Part shown: in pieces, positions 38,976 through 54,900 of the stretch | How positions within the stretch are numbered: position 1 is the first letter of the stretch | Layout of the letters: the number at the start of each line of letters is the position of its first letter | Assembly (NCBI RefSeq): GCF_009914755.1 | Contig: NC_060948.1 | DNA: 64,000 nucleotides | From: the human T2T-CHM13v2.0 reference genome, Homo sapiens | Direction: 5' to 3' (one strand) | Position numbers and translations under genes: made by a program | Notes under the pieces: generated by a model | What the model saw: the letters and a program-made list of their open reading frames with translations, nothing else | What the model was told of the DNA's origin: nothing | Database searches by the model: none

Positions 38976-41900
38976 TGGAATGAAATCACATGGAATGGGA
39001 ACGAATGGAAAGGAATGGAAAGGAATGGAATCGAATGGAAAGGAATCGAATGGAAGGGAATGAAATTGAATCAACAGGAATGGAAGGGAATAGAATAGAC
39101 GGTAATGGAATGGACTCGAATAGAATGGACACGAATGCTGAAATTGAATGGACTCGAATGGAATGGAAACGAAAGGAATGTCATCGAATGGAATTGAATC
39201 GATTGGAATGAAATCGCATAGAATGGAGTGGAATCAAATGGAATTGAATCGAAAGGAAAGGAAGCGAATGGACTGAAATGAAATGGAATGGAATTGAATG
39301 GAAAGTAATGCAATGGAATAGAATGGAACGAAATTTCACGGAATGGAATCAAACTGAATGGAATCAAATCAATGGAATCCAATCAAATGGAATGGAGTAG
39401 ATTGGATTGAATGGGATTGGAATGAAATGTACTGGAAAGGACTCGAATTTCATGAAACGGAATGGAATGAATTGGAACGGAATGGACTCGAATGGAATGG
39501 AATGTCATAGAATGGCATCAAATGGAATGGCATCAAATGGAATGGAATCGAATGCAATGGAATGCTATGGAATGGAATGGAATGCATTGGAATGGAATGT
39601 CCTCTAATGGAATGGATTCGAGTGGAATGGAATCGAATATAATGGAGTCGAATGAAATGGAATTGAAAGGAATGGGATCGAATACAATGGAATATACTGG
39701 AATGTAATGTAATGAACTGGAATGTAATTGACTGGAATGGAATGTACATGAATGGAATGTAATCGAATGGAAAGTAATCCAATGGAATAGAATCTAATGC
39801 AGTAAAATCGACTCAGATAGAGTAGAATGTAATGGAATGGAGTGCAGTGCAATGGAATGGAATGGAATGGAATGCAATGGAATGGAATGGAATGGAATGG
39901 AATGGAATGGAATGGAATGGAATGGAATGGGATGGAATGGTATGGAATGGATAGTAATGGACTGGAGTGAAATGGACTGGAAAGGAATGGACTCAAATTG
40001 AAAGGGCTCGAAAGGAATGGAGTCAAATGGAATGGTCTGGAATGGAATGAACACGAATGTAATGCAATCCAATAGAATGGAATCGAATGGCATGGAATAT
40101 AAAGAAATGGAATCGAAGAGAATGGAAACAAATGGAATGGAATTGAATGGAATGGAATTGAATGGAATGGGAACGAATGGAGTGAAATTGTATGCAGTAG
40201 AAGGGAATAGAATGGAATGCAAGCGAAAGGAAAGGAATGGATTGGAATGGAATGGAATTCATTGGAATGGAAGGGAATGTAGTGTAATGGACAGGCCTGG
40301 AATAAAGTGGAATGCTACGGTCTCGAATGGAATAAAAATGTATGGAATGGAATGCAATGAAACGGAATCGAATGTCATAGAATGTAATGGAATGCAAAAA
40401 AATGGAATCCAAAATCATTGACTGGAAAGGCTGGGTGTCGAAAGGAATTGACTGCAATGGAATGGAATCAAATGGAATGGAAGTGAATAGAATCGAACTA
40501 AATCGAATGGAATGGAATTGATAGGAACGGAATGGAAAGGATTGCAATGATTTGGCATGGAATGGAATCGAATGGCATCGAATGGAATGGAATGGAATGC
40601 AATGGAATGGAATGTATTAGAATGTAATGAACATTAGTGGAATGTACTCGAAAGGATTCGACTGGAATGGAATGTTCTGGAAGTGAATGGACTCCAATAG
40701 AATGGATTCGAAAGGAATGGAATCGAACGGAATGGATTCTAATGGAATGGAATTAAATGGAAATGAATCAAATTGAATAGCACGGAATTGAATTGAATGG
40801 AATCGAATGCAATGGAATCTAATGAAACGGAAAGGAAAGAATGGAATGGAATAGAATGGGCTGGAATGGAAAGGAATCGAAACGAATGGAATGGAAGCGA
40901 ACTGAAGAGACTGGAATGGAATGCACTGGAATGGAAGGGAGTGTAATGGAAGGTTCTCGAAAAAAATGGAATCGAATGGAATGGAATTGAATGGAACAGA
41001 ATAGAGTCGAATGGAATTGAATGGAATGGAATGGACTAGAGTGAAATGGAATCGAACCACAAGGAATGGACTGGAATAGAATGGTCTCGAATTGAATGGA
41101 ATCGTACGGAATGGCATCAAACGGAATGGAATGGACAGCCACGGAATGGAATGCACTCGAATGCAATGGAGTCGAAACTAATGGACTGGAATAGAATGGA
41201 CTCGACTGGTACGGACTCCAATGGAATGGAATCGAATGGAAGGGAATCGAACGGAATGGACTCGAAGGGAAAAGACTGTAATGGAAAGGTCTCGAATGGA
41301 ATGGAAATTAATGGGATGGAATGGAATCGAATGAAATGGAGTCAGAAGGAATGGAATCGAATGGCAAGAAATCGAATGTAATGGAATCGCAAGGAATTGA
41401 TGTGAACGGAACGGAATGGAATGGAATCCAAAGGAATGGAATAGAATGGAATGGAATCGAATGGAAAGGACTCGAATGGAAATCACTCGAATAGAATGCA
41501 ATTTAATAAAATAGGATCAAATGTAATATAATGGAATGGAAAAGAATCGAAACGGAAGGAATGGAGACAGGTGGAATGGAATGGAACAGAGAGCAATGGT
41601 ATAGAATGGAATGGAATCATCTGGAATGGAATTGAATGGAATGGAATAATATGAAATGGAATGGAATGGAATGGAATGGAATGCCCTTGAATTAAATGGA
41701 CTGGACTCGAACAGAGTGGAATGGAAAGTGTTGAGATAGAATGGAATGGACTCCTTTGGAATGGTGTAGTATGCAATGCAATCGACTGGCAGGGAATCAA
41801 AAGGAATGTAATCGAATGGATTGGACTGGAATGCAATGGACTCGAATAGATTGGAAACGGAATGCAAAGGAATGGAATGGAATAGTATGGAATGCAATGG

Positions 41901-42927
41901 AAGGGAATGGAGTGGAATAGACTAGAGTGGAATGGAATGGACTGGAAAGCAATGGACTGGAATGGAACTTTCTTGGATGGATTGGAATCAAACGGAATGG
42001 AATGCAATGCAATCAAATGGCATGGAATAAAATAGAATGAAAGAGAATCAAATGGAATTGAATCGAATGGAATCGAATGGATTGGAAAGGAATAGAATGG
42101 AATGGAATGGAATTGACTCAAATGGAATGGACTAGAATGGAATGGATTCGAATGGAAGGCAAAGGAATGGAATCTATTGGAATGGACTGTAATGGAATGG
42201 AATGGAAGGGATTGGAATGGACTCGAATGGAATGGACTGCAATAGAAAGGATTCGAATGGAATGAAAAAGAATTGAATGGAATAGAACAGAATGGAATCA
42301 AATCGAATGAAATGGAATGGAATAGAAAGGAATGGAATGAAATGGAATGGAAAGGATTCGAATGGAATGCAATCGAATGGAATGGAATCGAACGGAATGG
42401 AATAAAATGGAAGAAAACTGGCAAGAAATGGAATCGAAATGAATGGAGTGTTATGGAACGGACTCAAAAGGAATTGAATGTAATAGAATGGAGTGGAGTG
42501 GACTCGAATATAATGGACTGGAATGGAATGAAATCACATGGAATGGGAACGAATGGAATGGAATGGAAAGGAATGGAATCGAATGGAAAGGAATCGAATG
42601 GAAGGGAATGAAATTGAATCAACACGAATGGAAGGGAATAGAATAGACTGTAATGGAATGGACTCGAATAGAATGGACACGAATGCTCAAATTAAATGGA
42701 CTCGAATGGAATGGAAACGAAAGGAATGTCATCGAATGGAATTGAATCGATTGGAATGAAATCGCATAGAATGGAGTGGAATCAAATGGAATTGAATCGA
42801 AAGGAAAGGAAGCGAATGGACTGAAATGAAATGGAACGGAATTGAATGGAAAGTAATGCAATGGAATAGAATGGAACGAAATTTCACGGAATGGAATCAA
42901 ACTGAATGGAATCAAATCAATGGAATC
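38976..42927 (+). repeat. Six-monomer higher-order repeat, partial period 3
   Basis: Matches 1-3947 (offset 38975, then 38980) up to the private marker ATGGAACGGA at 42831-42840. It diverges at 42928 (AATCAAAT plus a 15 bp longer allele instead of AATCCAAT). Confidence 0.88.
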
Positions 42928-45900
42928 AAATCAAATGGAATGGAAAGGAATTGAATGGAGTAGATGGGATTGGATGGGATTGGAATGAAATGTACTGGAA
43001 AGGACTCGAATTTCATGAAACGGAATGGAATGAATTGGAACGGAATGGACTCGAATGGAATGGAATGTCATGGGATGGCATCAAATGGAATGGCATCAAA
43101 TGGAATGGAATCGAATGCAATGGAATGCTATGGAATGGAATGGAATGCATTGGAATGGAATGTCCTCTAATGGAATGGATTCGAGTGGAATGGAATGGAA
43201 TATAGTGGAGTCGAATGAAATGGAATTGAAAGGAATGGGATCGAATACAATGGAATATACTGGAATGTAACGTAATGAACGCGAATGTAATTGACTGGAA
43301 TGGAATGTACATGAATGGAATGTAATCGAATGGAAAGTAATCCAATGGAATAGAATCTAATGCAATAAAATCGACTCAGATAGAGTAGAATGTAATGGAA
43401 TGGAGTGCAGTGCAATGGAATGGAATGGAATGGAATGCAATGGAATGGAATGGAATGGAATGCAATGGAATGGAATGGAATGGAATGGAATGGGATGGAA
43501 TGGTATGGAATGGATAGTAATGGACTGGAGTGAAATGGACTGGAAAGGAATGGACTCAAATTGAAAGGGCTCGAAAGGAATGGAGTCAAATGGAATGGTC
43601 TGGAATGGAATGAACACGAATGTAATGCAACCCAATAGAATGGAATCGAATGGCATGGAATATAAAGAAATGGAATCGAAGAGAATGGAAACAAATGGAA
43701 TGGAATTGAATGGAATGGAATTGAATGGAATGGGAACGAATGGAGTGAAATTGTATGCAGTAGAAGAGAATAGAATGGAATGCAAGCGAAAGGAAAGGAA
43801 TGGATTGGAATGGAATGGAATTCATTGGAATGGAAGGGAATGTAGTGTAATGGACAGGCCTGGAATAAAGTGGAATGCTACGGTCTCGAATGGAATAAAA
43901 ATGTATGGAATGGAATGCAATGAAACGGAATCGAATGTCATAGAATGTAATGGAATGCAAAAAAATGGAATCCAAAATCATTGACTGGAAAGGCTGGGTG
44001 TCGAAAGGAATTGACTCCAATGGAATGGAATCGAATGGAATGGAAGTGAATAGAATCGAACTAAATCGAATGGAATGGAATTGATAGGAACGGAATGGAA
44101 AGGAATGCAATGATTTGGCATGGAATGGAATCGAATGGCATCGAATGGAATGGAATGGATTGCAATGGAATGGAATGTATTAGAATGTAATGAACTTTAA
44201 TGGAATGTACTCGAATGGATTCGACTGGAATGGAATGTTCTGGAAGTGAATGGACTCCAATGGAATGGATTCAAAAGGAATGGAATCGTACGGAATGGAA
44301 TCTAATGGAATGGAATTAAATGGAAATGAATCAAATTGAATAGCACGGAATTGAATTGAATGGAATGGAATGCAATGGAATCTAATGAAACGGAAAGGAA
44401 AGGAATGGAATGGAATGGAATGGGCTGGAATGGAAAGGAATCGAAACGAATGGAATGGAATCGAACTGAAGAGACTGGAATGGAATGCACTGGAATGGAA
44501 GGGAGTGTAATGGAAGGTTCTCGAAAAAAATGGAATCGAATGGAATGGAATTGAATGGAACGGAATAGAGTCGAATGGAATTGAATGGAATGGAATGGAC
44601 TAGAGTGAAATGGAATCGAACCACAAGGAATGGACAGGAATAGAATGGTCTCGAATTGAATGGAATCGTATGGAATGGCATCAAACGGAATGGAATGGAC
44701 AGCCACGGAATGGAATGCACTCGAATGCAATGGAGTCGAAACTAATGGACTGGAATAGAATGGACTCGACTGGTACGGACTCCAATGGAATGGAATCGAA
44801 TGGAAGGGAATCGAACGGAAGGGATTCGAACGGAATGGACTCGAAGGGAAAAGACTGCAATGGAAAGGTCTCGAATGGAATGGTAATTAATGGAATGGAA
44901 TGGAATCGAATGAAATGGAGTCAAAAGGAATGGAATCGAATGGCAAGAAATCGAATGTAATGGAATCGCAAGGAATTGATGTGAACGGAACGGAATGGAA
45001 TGGAATCCAAAGGAATGGAATAGAATGGAATGGAATCGAATGGAAAGGACTCGAATGGAAATCACTCGAATAGAATGCAATTTAATAAAGTAGGATCAAA
45101 TGTAATGGAATGGAATGGAAAGGAATCGAAACGAAAGGAATGGAGACAGATGGAATGGAATGGAACAGAGAGCAATGGTATAGAATGGAATGGAATCATC
45201 TGGAATGGAATTGAATGGAATGGAATAATATGAAATGTAATGGAATGGAATGGAATGGAATGCCCTTGAATTAAATGGACTGGAATGGAATGGACTCAAA
45301 CAGAGTGGAATGGAAAGTGTGGAGATAGAATGGAATGAACTCCTTTGGAATGGTGTAGTATGCAATGCAATCGACTGGCAGGGAATCAAAAGGAATGTAA
45401 TCGAATGGATTGGACTGGAATGCAATGGACTCGAATAGATTGGAAACGGAATGCAAAGGAATGGAATGGAATAGTATGGAATGCAATGGAAGGGAATGGA
45501 GTGGAATAGACTAGAGTGGAATGGAATGGACTGGAAAGCAATGGACTGGAATGGAACTTTCTTGGATGGACTGGAATCAAACGGAATGGAATGCAATGCA
45601 ATCAAATGGCATGGAATAAAATAGAATGAAAGAGAATCAAATGGAATTGAATCGAATGGAATCGAATGGATTGGAAAGGAATAGAATGGAATGGAATGGA
45701 ATGGAATTGACTCAAATGGAATGGACTAGAATGGAATGGATTCGAATGGAAGGCAAAGGAATGGAATCTATTGGAATGGACTGTAATGGAATGGAATGGA
45801 AGGGATTGGAATGGACTCGAATGGAATGGACTGCAATAGAAAGGATTCGAATGGAATGAAAAAGAATTGAATGGAATAGAACAGAATGGAATCAAATCGA

Positions 45901-48900
45901 ATGAAATGGAATGGAATAGAAAGGAATGGAATGAAATGGAATGGAAAGGATTCGAATGGAATGCAATCGAATGGAATGGAATCGAACGGAATGGAATAAA
46001 ATGGAAGAAAACTGGCAAGAAATGGAATCGAAATGAATGGAGTGTTATGGAACGGACTCAAAAGGAATTGAATGTAATAGAATGGAGTGGAGTGGACTCG
46101 AATATAATGGACTGGAATGGAATGAAATCACATGGAATGGGAACGAATGGAATGGAATGGAAAGGAATGGAATCGAATGGAAAGTAATCGAATGGAAGGG
46201 AATGAAATTGAATCAACACGAATGGAAGGGAATAGAATACACTGTAATGGAATGGACTCGAATAGAATGGACACGAATGCTCAAATTAAATGGACTCGAA
46301 TGGAATGGAAACGAAAGGAATGTCATCGAATGGAATTGAATCGATTGGAATGAAATCGCATAGAATGGAGTGGAATCAAATGGAATTGAATCGAAAGGAA
46401 AGGAAGCGAATGGACTGAAATGAAATGGAATGGAATTGAATGGAAAGTAATGCAATGGAATAGAATGGAACGAAATTTCACGGAATGGAATCAAACTGAA
46501 TGGAATCAAATCAATGGAATCAAATCAAATGGAATGGAAAGGAATTGAATGGAGTAGATGGGATTGGATGGGACTGGAATGAAATGTACTGGAAAGGACT
46601 CGAATTTCATGAAACGGAATGGAATGAATTGGAACGGAATGGACTCGAATGGAATGGAATGTCATGGGATGGCATCAAATGGAATGACATCAAATGGAAT
46701 GGAATCGAATGCAATGGAATGCTATGGAATGGAATGGAATGCATTGGAATGGAATGTCCGCTAATGGAATGGATTCGAGTGGAATGGAATTGAATATAAT
46801 GGAGTCGAATGAAATGGAATTGAAAGGAATGGGATCGAATACAATGGAATATACTGGAATGTAACGTAATGAACTCGAATGTAATTGACTGGAATGGAAT
46901 GTACATGAATGGAATGTAATCGAATGGAAAGTAATCCAATGGAATAGAATCTAATGCAATAAAATCGACTCAGATAGAGTAGAATGTAATGGAATGGAGT
47001 GCAGTGCAATGGAATGGAATGGAATGGAATGCAATGGAATGGAATGGAATGGAATGGAATGGAATGGAATGGAATGGGATGGAATGGTATGGAATGGATA
47101 GTAATGGACTGGAGTGAAATGGACTGGAAAGGAATGGACTCAAATTGAAAGGGCTCGAAAGGAATGGAGTCAAATTGAATGGTCTGGAATGGAATGAACA
47201 CGAATGTAATGCAACCCAATAGAATGGAATCGAATGGCATGGAATATAAAGAAATGGAATTGAGGAGAATGGAAACAAATGGAATGGAATTGAATGGAAT
47301 GGAATTGAATGGAATGGAAACGAATGGAGTGAAATTGTATGCAGTAGAAGAGAATAGAATGGAATGCAAGCGAAAGGAAAGGAATGGATTGGAATGGAAT
47401 GGAATTCATTGGAATGGAAGGGAATGTAGTGTAATGGACAGGCCTGGAATAAAGTGGAATGCTACGGTCTCGAATGGAATAAAAATGTATGGAATGGAAT
47501 GCAATGAAACGGAATCGAATGTCATAGAATGTAATGGAATGCAAAAAAATGGAATCCAAAATCATTGACTGGAAAGGCTGGGTGTCGAAAGGAATTGACT
47601 CCAATGGAATGGAATCGAATGGAATGGAAGTGAATAGAATCGAACTAAATCGAATGGAATGGAATTGATAGGAACGGAATGGAAAGGAATGCAATGATTT
47701 GGCATGGAATGGAATCGAATGGCATCGAATGGAATGGAATGGAATGCAATGGAATGGAATGTATTAGAATGTAATGAACTTTAATGGAATGTACTCGAAT
47801 GGATTCGACTGGAATGGAATGTTCTGGAAGTGAATGGACTCCAATGGAATGGATTCAAAAGGAATGGAATCGTACGGAATGGAATCTAATGGAATGGAAT
47901 TAAATGGAAATGAATCAAATTGAATAGCACGGAATTGAATTGAATGGAATGGAATGCAATGGAATCTAATGAAACGGAAAGGAAAGGAATGGAATGGAAT
48001 GGAATGGACTGGAATGGAAAGGAATCGAAACGAATGGAATGGAATCGAACTGAAGAGACTGGAATGGAATGCACTGGAATGGAAGGGAGTGTAATGGAAG
48101 GTTCTCGAAAAAAATGGAATCGAATGGAATGGAATTGAATGGAACGGAATAGAGTCGAATGGAATTGAATGGAATGGAATGGACTAGAGTGAAATGGAAT
48201 CGAACCACAAGGAATGGACAGGAATAGAATGGTCTCGAATTGAATGGAATCGTATGGAATGGCATCAAACGGAATGGAATGGACAGCCACGGAATGGAAT
48301 GCACTCGAATGCAATGGAGTCGAAACTAATGGACTGGAATAGAATGGACTCGACTGGTACGGACTCCAATGGAATGGAATCGAATGGAAGGGAATCGAAC
48401 GGAAGGGAATCGAACGGAATGGACTCGAAGGGAAAAGACTGCAATGGAAAGGTCTCGAATGGAATGGAAATTAATGGAATGGAATGGAATCGAATGAAAT
48501 GGAGTCAAAAGGAATGGAATCGAATGGCAAGAAATCGAATGTAATGGAATCGCCAGGAATTGATGTGAACGGAACGGAATGGAATGGAATCCAAAGGAAT
48601 GGAATAGAATGGAATGGAATCGAATGGAAAGGACTCGAATGGAAATCACTCGAATAGAATGCAATTTAATAAAATAGGATCAAATGTAATGGAATGGAAT
48701 GGAAAGGAATCGAAACGAAAGGAATGGAGACAGATGGAATGGAATGGAACAGAGAGCAATGGTATAGAATGGAATGGAATCATCTGGAATGGAATTGAAT
48801 GGAATGGAATAATATGAAATGGAATGGAATGGAATGGAATGGAATGCCCTTGAATTAAATGGACTGGAATGGAATGGACTCAAACAGAGTGGAATGGAAA

Positions 48901-51900
48901 GTGTGGAGATAGAATGGAATGAACTCCTTTGGAATGGTGTAGTATGCAATGCAATCGACTGGCAGGGAATCAAAAGGAATGTAATCGAATGGATTGGACT
49001 GGAATGCAATGGACTCGAATAGATTGGAAACGGAATGCAAAGGAATGGAATGGTATAGTATGGAATGCAATGGAAGGGAATGGAGTGGAATAGACTAGAG
49101 TGGAATGGAATGGACTGGAAAGCAATGGACTGGAATGGAACTTTCTTGGATGGACTGGAATCAAACGGAATGGAATGCAATGCAATCAAATGGCATGGAA
49201 TAAAATAGAATGAAAGAGAATCAAATGGAATTGAATCAAATGGAATCGAATGGATTGGAAAGGATTAGAATGGAATGGAATGGAATTGACTCAAATGGAA
49301 TGGACTAGAATGGAATGGATTCGAATGGAAGGCAAAGGAATGGAATCTATTGGAATGGACTGTAATGGAATGGAATGGAAGGGATTGGAATGGACTCGAA
49401 TGGAATGGACTGCAATAGAAAGGATTCGAATGGAATGAAAAAGAATTGAATGGAATAGAACAGAATGGAATCAAATCGAATGAAATGGAATGGAATAGAA
49501 AGGAATGGAATGAAATGGAATGGAAAGGATTCGAATGGAATGCAATCGAATGGAATGGAATTGAACGGAATGGAATAAAATGGAAGAAAACTGGCAAGAA
49601 ATGGAATCGAAATGAATGGAGTGTTATGGAACAGACTCAAAAGGAATTGAATGTAATAGAATGGAGTGGAGTGGACTCGAATATAATGGACTGGAATGGA
49701 ATGAAATCACATGGAATGGGAACGAATGGAATGGAATGGAAAGGAATGGAATCGAATGGAAAGGAATCGAATGGAAGGGAATGAAATTGAATCAACAGGA
49801 ATGGAAGGGAATAGAATAGACGGTAATGGAATGGACTCGAATAGAATGGACACGAATGCTCAAATTGAATGGACTCGAATGGAATGGAAACGAAAGGAAT
49901 GTCATCGAATGGAATTGAATGGATTGGAATGAAATCGCATAGAATGGAGTGGAATCAAATGGAATTGAATCGAAAGGAAAGGAAGCGAATGGACTGAAAT
50001 GAAATGGAATGGAATTGAATGGAAAGTAATGCAATGGAATAGAATGGAACGAAATTTCACGGAATGGAATCAAACTGAATGGAATCAAATCAATGGAATC
50101 AAATCAAATGGAATGGAAAGGAATTGAATGGAGTAGATGGGATTGGATGGGATTGGAATGAAATGTACTGGAAAGGACTCGAATTTCATGAAACGGAATG
50201 GAATGAATTGGAACGGAATGGACTCGAATGGAATGGAATGTCATGGGATGGCATCAAATGTAATGGCATCAAATGGAATGGAATCGAATGCAATGGAATG
50301 CTATGGAATGGAATGGAATGCATTGGAATGGAATGTCCTCTAATGGAATGGATTCGAGTGGAATGGAATTGATTATAATGTAGTCGAATGAAATGGAATT
50401 GAAAGGAATGGGATCGAATACAATGGAATATACTGGAATGTAACGTAATGAACTCGAATGTAATTGACTGGAATGGAATGTACATGAATGGAATGTAATC
50501 GAATGGAAAGTAATCCAATGGAATAGAATCTAATGCAATAAAATCGACTCAGATAGAGTAGAATGTAATGGAATGGAGTGCAGTGCAATGGAATGGAATG
50601 GAATGGAATGCAATGGAATGGAATGGAATGGAATGGAATGGAATGGAATGGGATGGAATGGTATGGAATGGATATTAATGGACTGGAGTGAAATGGACTG
50701 GAAAGGAATGGACTCAAATTGAAAGGTCTCGAAAGGAATGGAGTCAAATGGAATGGTCTGGAATGGAATGAACACGAATGTAATGCAACCCAATAGAATG
50801 GAATCGAATGGCATGGAATATAAAGAAATGGAATCGAAGAGAATGGAAACAAATGGAATGGAATTGAATGGAATGGAATTGAATGGAATGGGAACGAATG
50901 GAGTGAAATTCTATGCAGTAGAAGAGAATAGAATGGAATGCAAGCGAAAGGAAAAGAATGGATTGGAATGGAATGGAATTCATTGGAATGGAAGGGAATG
51001 TAGTGTAATGGACAGGCCTGGAATAAAGTGGAATGCTACGGTCTCGAATGGAATAAAAATGTATGGAATGGAATGCAATGAAACGGAATCGAATGTCATA
51101 GAATGTAATGGAATGCAAAAAAATGGAATCCAAAATCATTGACTGGAAAGGCTGGGTGTCGAAAGGAATTGACTCCAATGGAATGGAATCGAATGGAATG
51201 GAAGTGAATAGAATCGAACTAAATCGAATGGAATGGAATTGATAGGAACGGAATGGAAAGGAATGCAATGATTTGGCATGGAATGGAATCGAATGGCATC
51301 GAATGGAATGGAATGGAATGCAATGGAATGGAATGTATTAGAATGTAATGAACTTTAATGGAATGTACTCGAATGGATTCGACTGGAATGGAATGTTCTG
51401 GAAGTGAATGGACTCCAATGGAATGGATTCAAAAGGAATGGAATCGTACGGAATGGAATCTAATGGAATGGAATTAAATGGAAATGAATCAAATTGAATA
51501 GCACGGAATTGAATTGAATGGAATGGAATGCAATGGAATCTAATGAAACGGAAAGGAAAGGAATGGAATGGAATGGAATGGGCTGGAATGGAAAGGAATC
51601 GAAACGAATGGAATGGAATCGAACTGAAGAGACTGGAATGGAATGCACTGGAATGGAAGGGAGTGTAATGGAAGGTTCTCGAAAAAAATGGAATCGAATG
51701 GAATGGAATTGAATGGAACGGAGTAGAGTCGAATGGAATTGAATGGAATGGAATGGACTAGAGTGAAATGGAATCGAACCACAAGGAATGGACAGGAATA
51801 GAATGGTCTCGAATTGAATGGAATCGTATGGAATGGCATCAAACGGAATGGAATGGACAGCCACGGAATGGAATGCACTCGAATGCAATGGAGTCGAAAC

Positions 51901-54900
51901 TAACGGACTGGAATAGAATGGACTCGACTGGTACGGACTCCAATGGAATGGAATCGAATGGAAGGGAATCGAACGGAAGGGAATCGAACGGAATGGACTC
52001 GAAGGGAAAAGACTGCAATGGAAAGGTCTCGAATGGAATGGAAATTAATGGAATGGAATGGAATCGAATGAAATGGAGTCAAAAGGAATGGAATCGAACG
52101 GTAAGAAATCGAATGTAATGGAATCGCAAGGAATTGATGTGAACGGAACGGAATGGAATGGAATCCAAAGGAATGGAATAGAATGGAATGGAATCGAATG
52201 GAAAGGACTCGAATGGAAATCACTCGAATAGAATGCAATTTAATAAAATAGGATCAAATGTAATGGAATGGAATGGAAAGGAATCGAAACGAAAGGAATG
52301 GAGACAGATGGAATGGAATAGAACAGAGAGCAATGGTATAGAATGGAATGGAATCATCTGGAATGGAATTGAATGGAATGGAATAATATGAAATGGAATG
52401 GAATGGAATGGAATGGAATGCCCTTGAATTAAATGGACTGGAATGGAATGGACTCGAACAGAGTGGAATGGAAAGTTGAGATAGAATGGAATGGACTCCT
52501 TTGGAATGGTGTAGTATGCAATGCAATCGACTGGCAGGGAATCAAAAGGAATGTAATCGAATGGATTGGACTGGAATGCAATGGACTCGAATAGATTGGA
52601 AACGGAATGCAAAGGAATGGAATGGAATAGTATGGAATGGAATGGAAAGGAATGGAGTGGAATAGACTAGAGTGGAATGGAATGGACTGGAAAGCAATGG
52701 ACTGGAATGGAACTTTCTTGAATGGACTGGAATCAAACGGAATGGAATGCAATGCAATCAAATGGCATGGAATAAAATAGAATGAAAGAGAATCAAATGG
52801 AATTGAATCGAATGGAATCGAATGGATTGGAAAGGAATAGAATGGAATGGAATGGAATGGACTAGAATGGAATGGATTCGAATGGAAGGCAAAGGAAATG
52901 AATCTATTGGAATGGACTGTAATGGAAAGGAATGGAAGGGATTGGAATGGACTCGAATGGAATGGACTGCAATAGAAAGGATTCGAATGGAATGAAAAAG
53001 AATTGAATGGAATAGAACAGAATGGAATCAAATCGAATGAAATGGAATGGAATAGAAAGGAATGGAATGAAATGGAATGGAAAGGATTCGAATGGAATGC
53101 AATCGAATGGAATGGAATCGAACGGAATGGAATAAAATGGAAGAAAACTGGCAAGAAATGGAATCGAAATGAATGGAGTGTTATGGAACGGACTCAAAAG
53201 GAATTGAATGTAATAGAATGGAGTGGAGTGGACTCGAATATAATGGACTGGAATGGAATGAAATCACATGGAATGGGAACGAATGGAATGGAATGGAAAG
53301 GAATGGAATCGAATGGAAAGGAATCGAATGGAAGGGAATGAAATTGAATCAACAGGAATGGAAGGGAATAGAATAGACGGTAATGGAATGGACTCGAATA
53401 GAATGGACACGAATGCTCAAATTGAATGGACTCGAATGGAATGGAAACGAAAGGAATGTCATCGAATGGAATTGAATCGATTGGAATGAAATCGCATAGA
53501 ATGGAGTGGAATCAAATGGAATTGAATCGAAAGGAAAGGAAGCGAATGGACTGAAATGAAATGGAATGGAATTGAATGGAAAGTAATGCAATGGAATAGA
53601 ATGGAACGAAATTTCACGGAATGGAATCAAACTGAATGGAATCAAATCAATGGAATCCAATCAAATGGAATGGAGTAGATTGGATTGAATGGGATTGGAA
53701 TGAAATGTACTGGAAAGGACTCGAATTTCATGAAACGGAATGGAATGAATTGGATCGGAATGGACTCGAATGGAATGGAATGTCATAGAATGGCATCAAA
53801 TGGAATGGCATCAAATGGAATGGAATCGAATGCAATGGAATGCTATGGAATGGAATGGAATGCATTGGAATGGAATGTCCTCTAATGGAATGGATTCGAG
53901 TGGAATGGAATCGAATATAATGGAGTCGAATGAAATGGAATTGAAAGGAATGGGATCGAATACAATGGAATATACTGGAATGTAATGTAATTAACTGGAA
54001 TGTAATTGAATGGAATGGAATGTACATGAATGGAATGTAATCGAATGGAAAGTAATCCAATGGAATAGAATCTAATGCAATAAAATCGACTCAGATAGGG
54101 TAGAATGTAATGGAATGGAGTGCAGTGCAATGGAATGGAATGGAATGGAATGCAATGGAATGGAATGGAATGGAATGGAATGGAATGGAATGGGATGGAA
54201 TGGTATGGAATGGATAGTAATGGACTGGAGTGAAATGGACTGGAAAGGAATGGACTCAAATTGAAAGGGCTCGAAAGGAATGGAGTCAAATGGAATGGTC
54301 TGGAATGGAATGAACACGAATGTAATGCAACCCAATAGAATGGAATCGAATGGCATGGAATATAAAGAAATGGAATCGAAGAGAATGGAAACAAATGGAA
54401 TGGAATTGAATGGAATGGAATTGAATGGAATGGGAACGAATGGAGTGAAATTGTATGCAGTAGAATGGAATAGAATGGAATGCAAGCGAAAGGAAAGGAA
54501 TGGATTGGAATGGAATGGAATTCATTGGAATGGAAGGGAATGTAGTGTAATGGACAGGCCTGGAATAAAGTGGAATGCTACGGTCTCGAATGGAATAAAA
54601 ATGTATGGAATGGAATGCAATGAAACGGAATCGAATGTCATAGAATGTAATGGAATGCAAAAAAATGGAATCCAAAATCATTGACTGGAAAGGCTGGGTG
54701 TCGAAAGGAATTGACTCCAATGGAATGGAATCGAATGGAATGGAAGTGAATAGAATCGAACTAAATCGAATGGAATGGAATTGATAGGAACGGAATGGAA
54801 AGGAATGCAATGATTTGGCATGGAATGGAATCGAATGGCATCGAATGGAATGGAATGGAATGCAATGGAATGGAATGTATTAGAATGTAATGAACATTAA

